Positions 1 through 9,643 of a stretch of 64,000 nt of DNA are shown here, piece after piece. Under the pieces are notes generated by a model. It was not told the DNA's origin and searched no databases. It saw nothing but the letters and a program-made list of their open reading frames with translations. The stretch is taken from IMG/VR virus record IMGVR_UViG_3300042988_001550, one strand, 5' to 3'. The translations under genes and the position numbers were made by a program. This DNA comes from a virus. The first letter of the stretch is position 1; every line of letters begins with the position of its first letter.

Positions 1-74
1 AGATAACTGCCTCGTTCAGCAACATTCGTAACCCGTCCGCCCTAGGACTCAGAGCAGACGGTGTCGGTCTGCGG

Positions 75-1865
75 ATGAATAGCGCGACGCCGCGACTACT
101 GACCAGTCAGACCATGAGAGGTATTCGCCAGCTAGATCGTGAGCGCGGCTTCTCTCTTACGGACGAAGACGCCACATCAATTGCCGGCATGGTCAGCGAC
201 ACGCTGGCGATGGACACTGGCATGCAGGCAACGGCCATGTCCGGACCGACCGGGTCCAATAAAGTGGTAAACCAACTGCTTTCGGCCTTCTCCTCGCTTG
301 AGCGGTCTCTACAGGCTAACGCCACTGAGGTGCGCCGACTGAGCCTGGAAGGCCTTAAGATGGGTCTCACCCCAGAACAGATAACCAAGCTGGGAGAGAC
401 TGTCGGGAGAATGACCTTCAACTCCCAGTTCTCTAACGCTCAAGAAGCCACAGTAATGATGGGCTTGCGCCGAGAAGGTATATCAGGATACTACGGAAAC
501 GGTGACCGGTATGCTGTCCTTCAACGTAACCAAGCTGAGGCCATAAAGAATCAGCTACTTAGTCAAGGCAGAGGAACTGAGCTGTTTAGATATGGTGGCG
601 AGAATGCTACAGAAGCTGGGCTGCTCTACCAAGGCAGGATTGCTGCAAGAGGTGAGCAGTGGTTACAGAACAACGCCGGATCATTGGGAGTGCTGGCCGC
701 TCGCGGACAAATGCCTTCCAGCTTCTCGGATCTCGGGAACCAGCTAGGTCAGGTGTACTCTGCCGACCCGTTCGCTATGATCAATATGATGGCGGACCCA
801 GAGGCCAGACTAGATGCCGTCACTAATGCTGAAATCGCCTCATACCAGTTTGGTAAGATGGCTGGCAAGCAGATGCCGCAGCACGCCAGAGCAATAGCTA
901 TCCAATCAATTGCTAGACAAAATGGCGTCTCCATACCGGAGGCTGCTGAGATCTACAGACGATACCAGGCCCGAGAAGGTAGCCTAGCACTCATGTCAAA
1001 CAACATGGGCGTATCCGTAGATTCAATGCTGTTCACTGCTGCTAAGTACGATAGAGCAGGGTTGGCTCTCCCGGCGATCAGTTCTTCTGGATTAGCAAAA
1101 GCTGTTCAGAGCGGTAGCCTAGTCGACATGGTGATGGCGTATGATTCAGCCGATATCGGCGGCATTGGCGCCAAGATGATCAAATCTCGTACATCTTCTC
1201 TGCTCTCAGTCAAAGAACTTCAAGATCTCACGCCAACAGAACTGGTTAAGTACCTAGAGAAAGAGGTCAACGCTGGGAAGATATCCGTCGAGCAAGCTAA
1301 AGAACTAATACCGTCACTTCAAGTAAGCGATGTAGACGGAATGACTAGACTGTCGATTGATACCGTCGGGTTTAACTTATCAGAGCAGGCCCGCATCTCG
1401 TCTGAATACGTCGCTGCTGGCCGAGGCGGTTGGATAGGCGCGGTCATCGACGGCATGAACGAGAAAGCAAGTTCCGCATTTAACGCGCTTCACTGGTCCG
1501 TTGGTGATAGCGGACCTATCGGAAGCAAAATTGCTGGGTGGTCTGCTATAACGGGTGACGGTGCCCTGAGGGATAAGACACTTCTTAGAAAGAGTGTCGA
1601 GGGACTAACCGACGATACAGAGGAGCAGCGCCGAATAATGGATAGCATCGTTTCAATCCTCAATCAGGATGCCGGTGCTCCAGTATCTATAGAAGATCTG
1701 AACGGTGTCGGCGCTCTGGATAGTCGGGCTACCAAGGACGAGTTAATCAAGACAAACGTCTTCATCGACGCGTACAGAGCGATGAACAAGGTTAACAACC
1801 CTCCTCCGACTAGGGTGTACATCGCCGGTATTGATGAGACAGTCGCCACTGAGCTTCGAAGATGA
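75..1865 (+). CDS. hypothetical protein, 596 aa, possibly virion structural
   Basis: Long uninterrupted ORF at the head of a co-directional block with translationally coupled neighbours. No motif I recognise. Confidence 0.6.
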   Translation: MNSATPRLLTSQTMRGIRQLDRERGFSLTDEDATSIAGMVSDTLAMDTGMQATAMSGPTGSNKVVNQLLSAFSSLERSLQANATEVRRLSLEGLKMGLTPEQITKLGETVGRMTFNSQFSNAQEATVMMGLRREGISGYYGNGDRYAVLQRNQAEAIKNQLLSQGRGTELFRYGGENATEAGLLYQGRIAARGEQWLQNNAGSLGVLAARGQMPSSFSDLGNQLGQVYSADPFAMINMMADPEARLDAVTNAEIASYQFGKMAGKQMPQHARAIAIQSIARQNGVSIPEAAEIYRRYQAREGSLALMSNNMGVSVDSMLFTAAKYDRAGLALPAISSSGLAKAVQSGSLVDMVMAYDSADIGGIGAKMIKSRTSSLLSVKELQDLTPTELVKYLEKEVNAGKISVEQAKELIPSLQVSDVDGMTRLSIDTVGFNLSEQARISSEYVAAGRGGWIGAVIDGMNEKASSAFNALHWSVGDSGPIGSKIAGWSAITGDGALRDKTLLRKSVEGLTDDTEEQRRIMDSIVSILNQDAGAPVSIEDLNGVGALDSRATKDELIKTNVFIDAYRAMNKVNNPPPTRVYIAGIDETVATELRR

Positions 1866-2449
1866 GACGCACAATCGCTAGGCTTCAGTTTCCGCCGACA
1901 CCGTTAAAGCCGTCACTACCGGTCGATCCCAACAGAGATACAACCGTGAATCTAGAGGCGGTTCCTACAACGGCGTACTCTGCGTTTGCTACAACAATCG
2001 GCCGAGGCGACGAATATCGAACACTTGCGATCGATCTCGTCAGCGTAGACCGCACGGGTAAGGAGGTAGTAGTTATGAAGACATACACCGACTTTATCCT
2101 CGCAGGAGTAACTGAAGGTCGCGCAGAGCGAGCAGACCCAACCTACACCTTTGGTCATCCTGTTACGCACACATCATCAGGTGAACAACCAAAAATCTAT
2201 GTATTCCAGCTGAACTGCCTGATCAACAAGATTGACGGAGACAGCGCCCTAGCCCTGATGGAAACATTCAAGAGTGATATCCGCGCGTCACTTCTTGCCA
2301 AGAATGGGTCGAGAATGGTGAGAATGCAGTACCGTAACCGCGTCGTATACGGTGCTCCGGTCTCCATCGATATTCAGTACAGCGCAGAGCAGCCCGCAGT
2401 CGTAGCAGCCGTTCTTTCAGTGTTTGTTACAGACGAGTACACTAGATGA
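1862..2449 (+). CDS. hypothetical protein, 195 aa; N-terminus paralogous to the next gene
   Basis: Stop/start overlap with both neighbours. N-terminus MRRTIARLQFP matches MRRTLARLQAP of the following ORF. Confidence 0.6.
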   Translation: MRRTIARLQFPPTPLKPSLPVDPNRDTTVNLEAVPTTAYSAFATTIGRGDEYRTLAIDLVSVDRTGKEVVVMKTYTDFILAGVTEGRAERADPTYTFGHPVTHTSSGEQPKIYVFQLNCLINKIDGDSALALMETFKSDIRASLLAKNGSRMVRMQYRNRVVYGAPVSIDIQYSAEQPAVVAAVLSVFVTDEYTR

Positions 2450-3036
2450 GAAGAACCCTTGCCAGGCTACAGGCCCCCACACGGTTGCCCAGCACGACCG
2501 ACGGTTTCGTACCCGACGACGTTCTGACGGTACTGCAGAACTCTGTTCGGCTTTACGGCAGTCAGGCGCAGACGCTGTACGAGAACAACCGGTCTAGATT
2601 CCGCCTATTGGATCTAGATGCCACCGGAACACCAGCAATCCCGGTAACCTCGTTCGATCAAATGATCGTCTCGTCGGTATCCGAGTCGCTCAAAGACCGT
2701 ATTCAGCTCATGAGCAGCTCAGACGCCCAGAAGATGTACACATTCGGCGAGGAACATAGAATCCTGATGGTGGAGATGGTTTTGATTGACACCAACTCCG
2801 GAACCACAGTTGTTGGTGACTACGATAGATGGACCGGCGCAACCTTCCGCTCGTGGGAGAGCTTCTACGAGAAGGCTAGAATATCTGAGTGTGCTAAGAA
2901 CTCCCAGCTGGTTGAATTCCGATACGGTGGGTCGTTACTGTACGGTGCCATGCTGTCAGAGAACGTCTTGTTTAATGCTCAGAATCCAAACCAACTTCGC
3001 GTCTCTATCTCCATGATAGTGTCAGCATCCTTCTGA
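2446..3036 (+). CDS. hypothetical protein, 196 aa, tandem paralog
   Basis: ATGA overlap with the preceding ORF and a shared N-terminal motif. Confidence 0.6.
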   Translation: MRRTLARLQAPTRLPSTTDGFVPDDVLTVLQNSVRLYGSQAQTLYENNRSRFRLLDLDATGTPAIPVTSFDQMIVSSVSESLKDRIQLMSSSDAQKMYTFGEEHRILMVEMVLIDTNSGTTVVGDYDRWTGATFRSWESFYEKARISECAKNSQLVEFRYGGSLLYGAMLSENVLFNAQNPNQLRVSISMIVSASF

Positions 3037-5180
3037 TGGAATCCTTTGTATACAGTCGATGGCGCGTACTCCTTGACGGGGTTGAGGTTCCCTACCAGGA
3101 GCTGTCAACTTCTTTTAGCACCGGAGCAGGTGCACAAGCGGTCATCAGCCTAGAACCGGACGCGCTGATCGCCGACATCAACGCCCAAACGATAGTCCAC
3201 ATCTTCATCAGAGATCACGCAGCCACTGGCGACAGTCCCGAAGATTACCTCCTGTTCTTTGAGGGAATGGTTATCGGGTATGAGCACTCGAAGAGCCCAA
3301 CGTCTAGATCGCTAACACTACAGTGTGTCGGCCTGATTAACATCCTAGACCAGTTTAAGGCGTACGCTCTAGCTATCGGGCCGCTGCTGTACTCCAGCCT
3401 GCTAACCGGAAGTACGCAGCTACCTATCTTCATACCGAACAACGAGATATCGGTTAATCAGCCGCAGATCAGTGCGTTGGTGGAGATGGCCGGTGTAATG
3501 TCCGCCGAGGGCGCGGTAGTATACGCTGACAAGCTCGTTCAGGTAGTAGAGAAGACCGCGAAGTACAACGTACTCCTAAGACAGCATCTGCTGCGCTTTA
3601 GGCTTCTTGACAGATTTGTCGGAATACCAGATAACGTCATTGGGTCACTACTATCCGCCGAAGTAGTGTCGTCGCTGATCTCTAATATTGACGCCGCTGT
3701 CTCAGCAGAGTTCTCTGTGATGGACATAGTACAGTACTTCGCCAGTATTGGTTTCTATATCACGTCCCCGATACCGCTACCCCACACCCCAAAACAACCG
3801 CCAACATCTGGAACGCTACCACCGGATCAATACACGATCACGCGAACGCACCAAAGAAACGATCACGTTATCCATCCCCAGATGTACACGATACTTCCGC
3901 CGCCGTGTAACATCGTGTTCCCGGAAAGCCTAATCAGCCTCTCAGTTGTTCGTAACAAGCTGGTTGAGCCAACCCGGTACATGATGTTTGATCCGGCAGC
4001 AGCTTATGGCGGGTATCGGATGCTTAGCTACTTTGCGCCAGCGGACATCGTCGATAGAGCGGATGCTACCACGCCACAGCAGCTCGCAGGTATTCCACTA
4101 AGGACACCTAATACCACGAATCCGTACACTGAGCAGGGAGAAGCTGGAGAGATAAACCTCCTTAAGTCCTTCTCTGCCAGGGAGTTAGAGAAAGGGCTCC
4201 TAGCAAGTGTTCAGAATATGCAGACCAGAGAACACAGCTTCTCTCTCATAGCTGCGAAGCTCATAACTGACCGCAATGAAGCAGTTAGTCAGAACATTGA
4301 CCTAGTAAACCACTTCTACGAGTTGAAGCAGTTCTCTGGCACGTCCGCAACCGTAGTCATCACGGGACACCGCTGGATCGTCCCAGGCTTCTCGTGCGTA
4401 ATCCACGACAACGATATCATCTACCACGGGAACGTTGTATCCGTCAACTTCAGCAGGTCTACGAATGGTAGCGAAACCACTACCGTGGTTATGGACTACG
4501 TCAGACCGCTGTCGCAACTGCAGGTACGGTCAGGGGAACTAGCAGCGGATATCCAGCGAGTGGAGCAGGAGTTTTTGAATGTAGCCACTCCTCCCAATGT
4601 GTCGCTGCTGCAGGAGTTGTCGACAAAGTACGCGCTACCAGTACCGCCCTACTTCACGAGTGACGCGCTGATCGATCTCAAGCAACTCGATGATACTTAC
4701 GCGACGGTGCTAGGGTGCAAGCGGTTCTACTCTACAACCAGTGCCCAACCAGCGCTCGACGGGGCGTTAACCGCAGATATACCACAGAGACGGCTGATAC
4801 TCCTGAAAGAGTACCTAGTGGGAGTTCAGCGCATTCTTGACATCTTCAAGAATCGTCCGAAGACGCTAACTGAGCAGGAAGCTAGAATATGCTCCAGAGA
4901 CGCTACGACTCTGTCCACTTTCCTGGTTCAGAATGAGCTAGAGCTTCAATCAATCGGATCAGCTTCGTCGTGGGTACTGTTGCCTAAAAAAAGCGTCAAC
5001 GGGTGGGACGACAGTATCTTTAGCAAGCTAGTGGCGGACGATAAGGACGCTACTGGCGCGATCGCTTCTGCCAGAGAAAAGTTTAGTACAGCAGGTCAGT
5101 TGAAGACCGGCAACAGACAAGCGCCTATAATTCTCTACGCACTGAAACACTTCACAAAACGACTGTTTGATGGTGGTTGA
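3036..5180 (+). CDS. hypothetical protein, 714 aa, likely structural
   Basis: Long ORF coupled to the upstream gene. No motif I recognise. Confidence 0.6.
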   Translation: MESFVYSRWRVLLDGVEVPYQELSTSFSTGAGAQAVISLEPDALIADINAQTIVHIFIRDHAATGDSPEDYLLFFEGMVIGYEHSKSPTSRSLTLQCVGLINILDQFKAYALAIGPLLYSSLLTGSTQLPIFIPNNEISVNQPQISALVEMAGVMSAEGAVVYADKLVQVVEKTAKYNVLLRQHLLRFRLLDRFVGIPDNVIGSLLSAEVVSSLISNIDAAVSAEFSVMDIVQYFASIGFYITSPIPLPHTPKQPPTSGTLPPDQYTITRTHQRNDHVIHPQMYTILPPPCNIVFPESLISLSVVRNKLVEPTRYMMFDPAAAYGGYRMLSYFAPADIVDRADATTPQQLAGIPLRTPNTTNPYTEQGEAGEINLLKSFSARELEKGLLASVQNMQTREHSFSLIAAKLITDRNEAVSQNIDLVNHFYELKQFSGTSATVVITGHRWIVPGFSCVIHDNDIIYHGNVVSVNFSRSTNGSETTTVVMDYVRPLSQLQVRSGELAADIQRVEQEFLNVATPPNVSLLQELSTKYALPVPPYFTSDALIDLKQLDDTYATVLGCKRFYSTTSAQPALDGALTADIPQRRLILLKEYLVGVQRILDIFKNRPKTLTEQEARICSRDATTLSTFLVQNELELQSIGSASSWVLLPKKSVNGWDDSIFSKLVADDKDATGAIASAREKFSTAGQLKTGNRQAPIILYALKHFTKRLFDGG

Positions 5181-5181
5181 T

Positions 5182-5892
5182 ATGAGTTTACTTCAAAAAT
5201 CGATGTTGAATGATGCCGCACTGGTGACCCGAGCAAAGAGTGGTGATAAGATTGCCATCAATGAGCTCATCCGTCAGAACAAGGATCTGATTGACGCTAA
5301 GGTGGCCAACTACCGTAAGGCGCCAGTGCCGTCTGCTGCTGTAGAGGGCGAGGCGCTAAACCTGTTCCTGATCGCATTGGATAAGTACACGCCAGCCAGC
5401 GGCGCGAACTTCCGTACGTACTTTGAGCACATGTTAAGAGGACTTAACCGGTACGTTAACACGAACAAGAACATTGCCCGCATCCCGGAGAACAAGTTCT
5501 TGCGGATGAGACACTACATGAACATCCGGTCCCTGCTAACCGCGCAACTAAACAGACAGCCGAACCTCGATGAGCTTTCTGATGAGACTGGTTGGAACAA
5601 AACCGACGTGCAGGCTATGGAGCAGGCGCTCCAGCAGAAGGACCTGGCCGCGATGGATTTTGAGGAGCAAGGGAAGGCAAAGCAGCTGGAATCGAGGATG
5701 TACGAGACCAGCGAGTTCCTATACGCATCTCTGACCCCGCAAGAAAAGCAGATCTACGATTTTTCGCTTGGCGCTCACGGAAAGGCCACTATAACTAGTG
5801 TAGAAGAGTTAGCTAAGAAAACCGGAATGTCCAGCGACCAGGTTTACAAGATTCGCCGACAGATCTCTCAACGAATCGCCCAACACCTGTGA
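5182..5892 (+). CDS. sigma-70 family RNA polymerase sigma factor-like protein
   Basis: The N-terminal segment INELIRQNKDLIDAKVANYRK resembles sigma region 2. The C-terminal TSVEELAKKTGMSSDQVYKIRRQISQRI resembles the region-4 helix-turn-helix. The ORF frame opens at TTG 5167; I chose ATG 5182, which follows a GGTGG ribosome-binding site. Confidence 0.6.
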   Translation: MSLLQKSMLNDAALVTRAKSGDKIAINELIRQNKDLIDAKVANYRKAPVPSAAVEGEALNLFLIALDKYTPASGANFRTYFEHMLRGLNRYVNTNKNIARIPENKFLRMRHYMNIRSLLTAQLNRQPNLDELSDETGWNKTDVQAMEQALQQKDLAAMDFEEQGKAKQLESRMYETSEFLYASLTPQEKQIYDFSLGAHGKATITSVEELAKKTGMSSDQVYKIRRQISQRIAQHL

Positions 5893-5917
5893 TCTGGTCC
5901 GTTAACAAAGGATCAAA

Positions 5918-6640
5918 ATGTCAGATGTAAAAGACCGGATGTTCATCATCAGCGACATCCACGTTCCCTTCCACAATAGAGCCGCTACCGCCACTGCCCT
6001 CGACTACATCAAAGCAGAGAAGCCGAAGTACTTAACAATCAACGGAGACGCTATTGACTTTTACGCGGTCTCCAAGTACTCCAGAGATCCGAAGCGTCGA
6101 CTGCAAGTACAGCACGAAATTGATGAGTTCCACGACTTTCTAGACCAGGTTCGCGATGCGGTGCCTAATGCTCAGATCTTCTTTGTTGAGGGAAATCACG
6201 AGCAGCGCTGGAACAAGTACCTGAGAGAGTGCGCGTCAGAGCTTGAAGGAGTAACCGGCATGTCGTTGACAGAAGTCCTGTCGCTCGATAAGCGCCGCAT
6301 CAGCTTCACGCCGTCTGGTCTAACGTACGGCAGCTGCTCTATCGTCCACGGAGACGGCCTGTTCGGCGGAAAAGCCGGGTTCACGGCCACAAAGTGGATG
6401 GAGAGATATATGGGTAGCGTGGCTGTTGGGCACATCCACCGACTGGCTATCGTCCACCGCCGAACCGCCAACAAAGAGCGCGTATTCGGTTTGGAATGTG
6501 GTACACTCAGTTCACTAGATCCCGGCTACGAGAAGACATCGTTTGCCGACTGGCAGACTGGTTTCGCTAGCCTGACGCGCTACAAGAACGGGGTAATCGT
6601 CCCCAACATCTACGAAGTGATCGACGGCAACGTATTCTAA
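5918..6640 (+). CDS. calcineurin-like metallophosphoesterase
   Basis: Ordered motifs SDIHVP (DxH), INGDAIDF (GD), EGNHEQR (GNHE), HGD and GHIH (GHxH). Confidence 0.75.
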   Translation: MSDVKDRMFIISDIHVPFHNRAATATALDYIKAEKPKYLTINGDAIDFYAVSKYSRDPKRRLQVQHEIDEFHDFLDQVRDAVPNAQIFFVEGNHEQRWNKYLRECASELEGVTGMSLTEVLSLDKRRISFTPSGLTYGSCSIVHGDGLFGGKAGFTATKWMERYMGSVAVGHIHRLAIVHRRTANKERVFGLECGTLSSLDPGYEKTSFADWQTGFASLTRYKNGVIVPNIYEVIDGNVF

Positions 6641-6945
6641 TGAAGCCGACATGGTCCCCGCCCATTCAGTTCGCGAGAATAACACGGATCTATCCTCCGT
6701 GGCCTAAGAACTGGTTAAGAGATAGTAAGCCGGGGCACATGTTCCTGTTTGACCCGCTGCACGACAAAGACCGTGGCGGAATCCTGCGCCTGACCCGTGA
6801 AGGTTTGTATGTGTCTGTGACCCGTGAACAGGCCTATCGTGGTGAGATCATTCCGTGGCCAGGTAGGGATCCGCAGTATGCCGGTATAAAGGTCTGCGGC
6901 GATGTTTACGAAATAGTCGAGCTAAAAAAAGATGCCAGGGGTTAA
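6640..6945 (+). CDS. hypothetical protein, 101 aa
   Basis: ATGA-coupled to the upstream phosphoesterase gene. Confidence 0.45.
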   Translation: MKPTWSPPIQFARITRIYPPWPKNWLRDSKPGHMFLFDPLHDKDRGGILRLTREGLYVSVTREQAYRGEIIPWPGRDPQYAGIKVCGDVYEIVELKKDARG

Positions 6946-6957
6946 CCTGGCATCCGT

Positions 6958-7680
6958 CTAGGAGGGCGTCTCGTTGCTAGCAGGCTCAACGACGGGGATC
7001 GTCGTCGTAGCCGCATCAGTAGCGAGAACATCAGTGTTGGCAGGCGTGTTCGTCAGAAACACGCGATCGATGCCAAGATTCTTGTTGACCTTGTCCAGGC
7101 TGAACATCTCCGCGATCTTCGCCATCAGCTTGGGGTTCTGGCTCAGTCTACGACCGTTCGCGCTCTTCTTCATGTCCACCACGTAAGCATCGTGGTAGCG
7201 TTTGGCGAAGCGAGCCGGTTCGCTAGCCCAGCGACCGTAGTAGCAGTAGTACCCGCGATTCGTCGCCGGATCAACCGTAACACGGTCAATCTGGTCAACC
7301 ACCACGTGCGTCCAACCCGGAGGCGGAAGGTCCGGGAGGAAAATACGCATACCAATGTACTCGCCAGGCTTGCGAGCATTCTCCAGCCAGTTCGTGCAGA
7401 AGCGATGGGCCTTGTCCCAATTCGCCACATCATACATGAGAGGCAGAACGCCGAGGTTCTCGATATCGCCGGATACGGCGTAAGCGACATAGCCCAACAC
7501 GATCGTGTTGCCCAGGCTCATGGGAGGCTGTTCGCGAACGTCAATATCGTGCGCCATCAGGCCGGCTTCCGCATGCACAGTCGCAGGACGCCAGATAGCG
7601 TCACCGTGGCTCAGTCGGCGGTAGAACTGTTGTTCCTCTGTGAGGAAGTTGCTTCCGCTGTTGTTGTTGTCGTAAGTCAT
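6958..7680 (-). CDS. hypothetical protein, 240 aa
   Basis: Long ORF whose stop overlaps the start of the next minus-strand gene. Confidence 0.55.
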   Translation of the reverse strand: MTYDNNNSGSNFLTEEQQFYRRLSHGDAIWRPATVHAEAGLMAHDIDVREQPPMSLGNTIVLGYVAYAVSGDIENLGVLPLMYDVANWDKAHRFCTNWLENARKPGEYIGMRIFLPDLPPPGWTHVVVDQIDRVTVDPATNRGYYCYYGRWASEPARFAKRYHDAYVVDMKKSANGRRLSQNPKLMAKIAEMFSLDKVNKNLGIDRVFLTNTPANTDVLATDAATTTIPVVEPASNETPS

Positions 7681-8456
7681 AGTTTAACAGTCTTGAGGAC
7701 GTCGAAGTCGGGGTTAAGACCGTCAGGTGTATACCCTCTCGGATTGCTGAGAAGGGTTGTCTGACCGATAGTAATGTGAACATTTTCATGTTGGTGGCCA
7801 AATATCCAGAGGTCGGCCTTCTCAATGAGTGAGTCACAATCAGTGCAGAAATAAGCCCAGGAGACCTCGTCGCGACGGTTACGCCATTTTGGGTGAATCG
7901 CCGTCTCGTGGGGTAGGTGATGCGTTACCACAACAGTCTTGCCGTCGAAAGGTTTGGCTAGCTCGTCGGCCAACCAATCTACGCAGAGCGTGTGAATGTT
8001 GTAGATGTCGACCGGTAACAAACGCCGACCCTCATTTTTGATGAGAGCGTAGTCGTTCATTCTGTTACCCGCAACCATCATCTTGAGAGGGTTGCCGCCG
8101 TCAAAGTCCGTCCACATCGTTGTACCGAGGAAGCGCACTCCGTCGATTACAACAGCTTCCCTCTCCAGAACATGGACGTTTGGGAGGTCGCTTAGCAGCT
8201 CCTTGATATTGTCCAGCAGGTTATTCATGTCGTGGTAGTAGAACTCGTGGTTCCCTAAAACGTAAACAACATGGCGGACGATGGACGCCCATGTCCTGAT
8301 GGTTTCAACTGCTTTAGTGCCGACATGGACATCCCCAGCCAGCACTAGCACGTCCACATTGGATAGATCCGGATTAAAGAGAATCGGGTATCCGTAGGAG
8401 TCAAAGAAACCCTCATCAAACTCCAGATGAAGGTCGCTCATCGCTCGTATCTTCAA
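7677..8456 (-). CDS. calcineurin-like metallophosphoesterase
   Basis: Ordered motifs SDLHLEF, LAGDVH, GNHEFY, THHLP and GHQHEN. Confidence 0.75.
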   Translation of the reverse strand: MKIRAMSDLHLEFDEGFFDSYGYPILFNPDLSNVDVLVLAGDVHVGTKAVETIRTWASIVRHVVYVLGNHEFYYHDMNNLLDNIKELLSDLPNVHVLEREAVVIDGVRFLGTTMWTDFDGGNPLKMMVAGNRMNDYALIKNEGRRLLPVDIYNIHTLCVDWLADELAKPFDGKTVVVTHHLPHETAIHPKWRNRRDEVSWAYFCTDCDSLIEKADLWIFGHQHENVHITIGQTTLLSNPRGYTPDGLNPDFDVLKTVKL

Positions 8457-8496
8457 GTTAGTGATCCTTCAAAAAAAGAGTGTTGATCGGCATACT

Positions 8497-8505
8497 CTTA
8501 TGACA
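8497..8505 (+). promoter_or_regulatory. CTTATGACA motif copy (divergent intergenic region)
   Basis: Exact 9-mer. A TATAGCATAG box lies 46 nt downstream, then a ribosome-binding site and ATG 8573. Confidence 0.4.
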
Positions 8506-8572
8506 AGAATTTCCAGTTTTTTCTATGTTTCTGCTCATGGTGCAATACCATTATAGCATAGGAGACAGTTGA

Positions 8573-8851
8573 ATGAGCACACACCCGCTGGTCGATCAGT
8601 TTTGCCAGGCAGCCGACAAGTTTGCAGCAGTTACCGAAATTGCCGACAACCTTCAGAAGAAACGTATCGGTCTTTTTGAAACAATGATTACGATCTGGAA
8701 AGAGCTGCCACCGGCTGGCCGGGCTGAGGCTAGCGACCACCTTGTCAACCTCAATAAAGAGAGTAAACTTTCATTGCCGGGCGAGCACGCTTTTGTGGCT
8801 AGATTCAAGGACGCCGTGGCGAAATCGACTCAACTAAGGAGACAGGTATGA
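8573..8851 (+). CDS. hypothetical protein, 92 aa
   Basis: AGGAGA ribosome-binding site 8 nt upstream. A CTTATGACA motif and a TATAGCATAG box lie further upstream. Confidence 0.5.
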   Translation: MSTHPLVDQFCQAADKFAAVTEIADNLQKKRIGLFETMITIWKELPPAGRAEASDHLVNLNKESKLSLPGEHAFVARFKDAVAKSTQLRRQV

Positions 8852-9042
8852 AAGAAGGATGGAAGACAACTGAGGCGTGGGTTGTGGCTATTGTCAGCTA
8901 CCTAACGTCCGATGTGGTCATGAGCGAGAACGACGCCCAGGTCAAGATGGTTGCTTTAGCGTGCGGAACGCTCGCGGCCATGATGTACATCTGGAGCAGA
9001 ACGAAGGTCAAGGAAGTGGTCGGAGAAGAGGTGCAAGAATGA
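8848..9042 (+). CDS. small membrane protein, holin-like (two TM segments, charged C-terminus)
   Basis: Hydrophobic stretches AWVVAIVSYL and MVALACGTLAAMMYIW, then a charged tail KVKEVVGEEVQE. Translationally coupled to the upstream ORF and to the downstream lipoprotein. Confidence 0.45.
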   Translation: MKEGWKTTEAWVVAIVSYLTSDVVMSENDAQVKMVALACGTLAAMMYIWSRTKVKEVVGEEVQE

Positions 9043-9380
9043 AGCATCTTCTACTCCTTCCGCTGCTACTTATCCCTCTAGGGTGTGCAGCGATCGCTGA
9101 CCTTCTGAGTACACCGACAGAACCGCCCCCGGCCACGGCTCCCGAAGAACCGGGCACAGGGGAACCGCCCCCGACAGCTGCTCCCGCACCGGCCCCCGAG
9201 GGCACGGTTGGGGGCACGCTAGCCGACATCGTTGGTGGACTTATCGGCGCACTGACGGGTAACCCTGTCGCCACGGTGGCTACTACAGCCGCAGTGTCGA
9301 TCGGTATCGGATCCTTTGTCAAGAAGTACCAGTCCAAGAAGAAAGAACCGGCCGCACCCACCAAGACTGAGGCTAAGTAA
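9039..9380 (+). CDS. lipoprotein with Pro-rich linker and a C-proximal glycine-zipper hydrophobic segment (spanin-like architecture)
   Basis: The internal start MKHLLLLPLLLIPLGCAA is a lipoprotein signal with lipobox LGC. It is followed by TEPPPATAPEEPGTGEPPP and then GGLIGALTGNPVATVATTAAVSIGIGSFV. The track's longer ORF (8877 start) is an N-terminal extension. Confidence 0.55.
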   Translation: MKHLLLLPLLLIPLGCAAIADLLSTPTEPPPATAPEEPGTGEPPPTAAPAPAPEGTVGGTLADIVGGLIGALTGNPVATVATTAAVSIGIGSFVKKYQSKKKEPAAPTKTEAK

Positions 9381-9643
9381 CTCAGTCTGTTTGCCGGCGT
9401 TATTTTGACCCCTAAGTGGCGGATATTTCTATAGCATAGAAGTGTCCGCTTTTGTTTTTATGACACACTACACGCGAGCTCAAGACGTTGTTCCCGGAGA
9501 CTACCTCCTCAACCAGAAGACTACTGTGAAAGTAACCAGAGTCGAGAGACACGACGCAGAGATCATTCTGCACCTTTCAAACGGCAAGGTAGACCGCTTG
9601 AAGCCCAATGACAATGTTGCCCTCCTCCCTACCTACGATGACG

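Noticed and set aside
9430-9466. GTG-initiated ORF 9442..9654 as annotated
   Set aside because: The first 20 nt run through a TATAGCATAG box and a TTATGACAC motif copy. If the gene is real it more likely starts at ATG 9460, and it overlaps the better-supported glycosyltransferase start at 9644. It is kept only as a low-confidence note.
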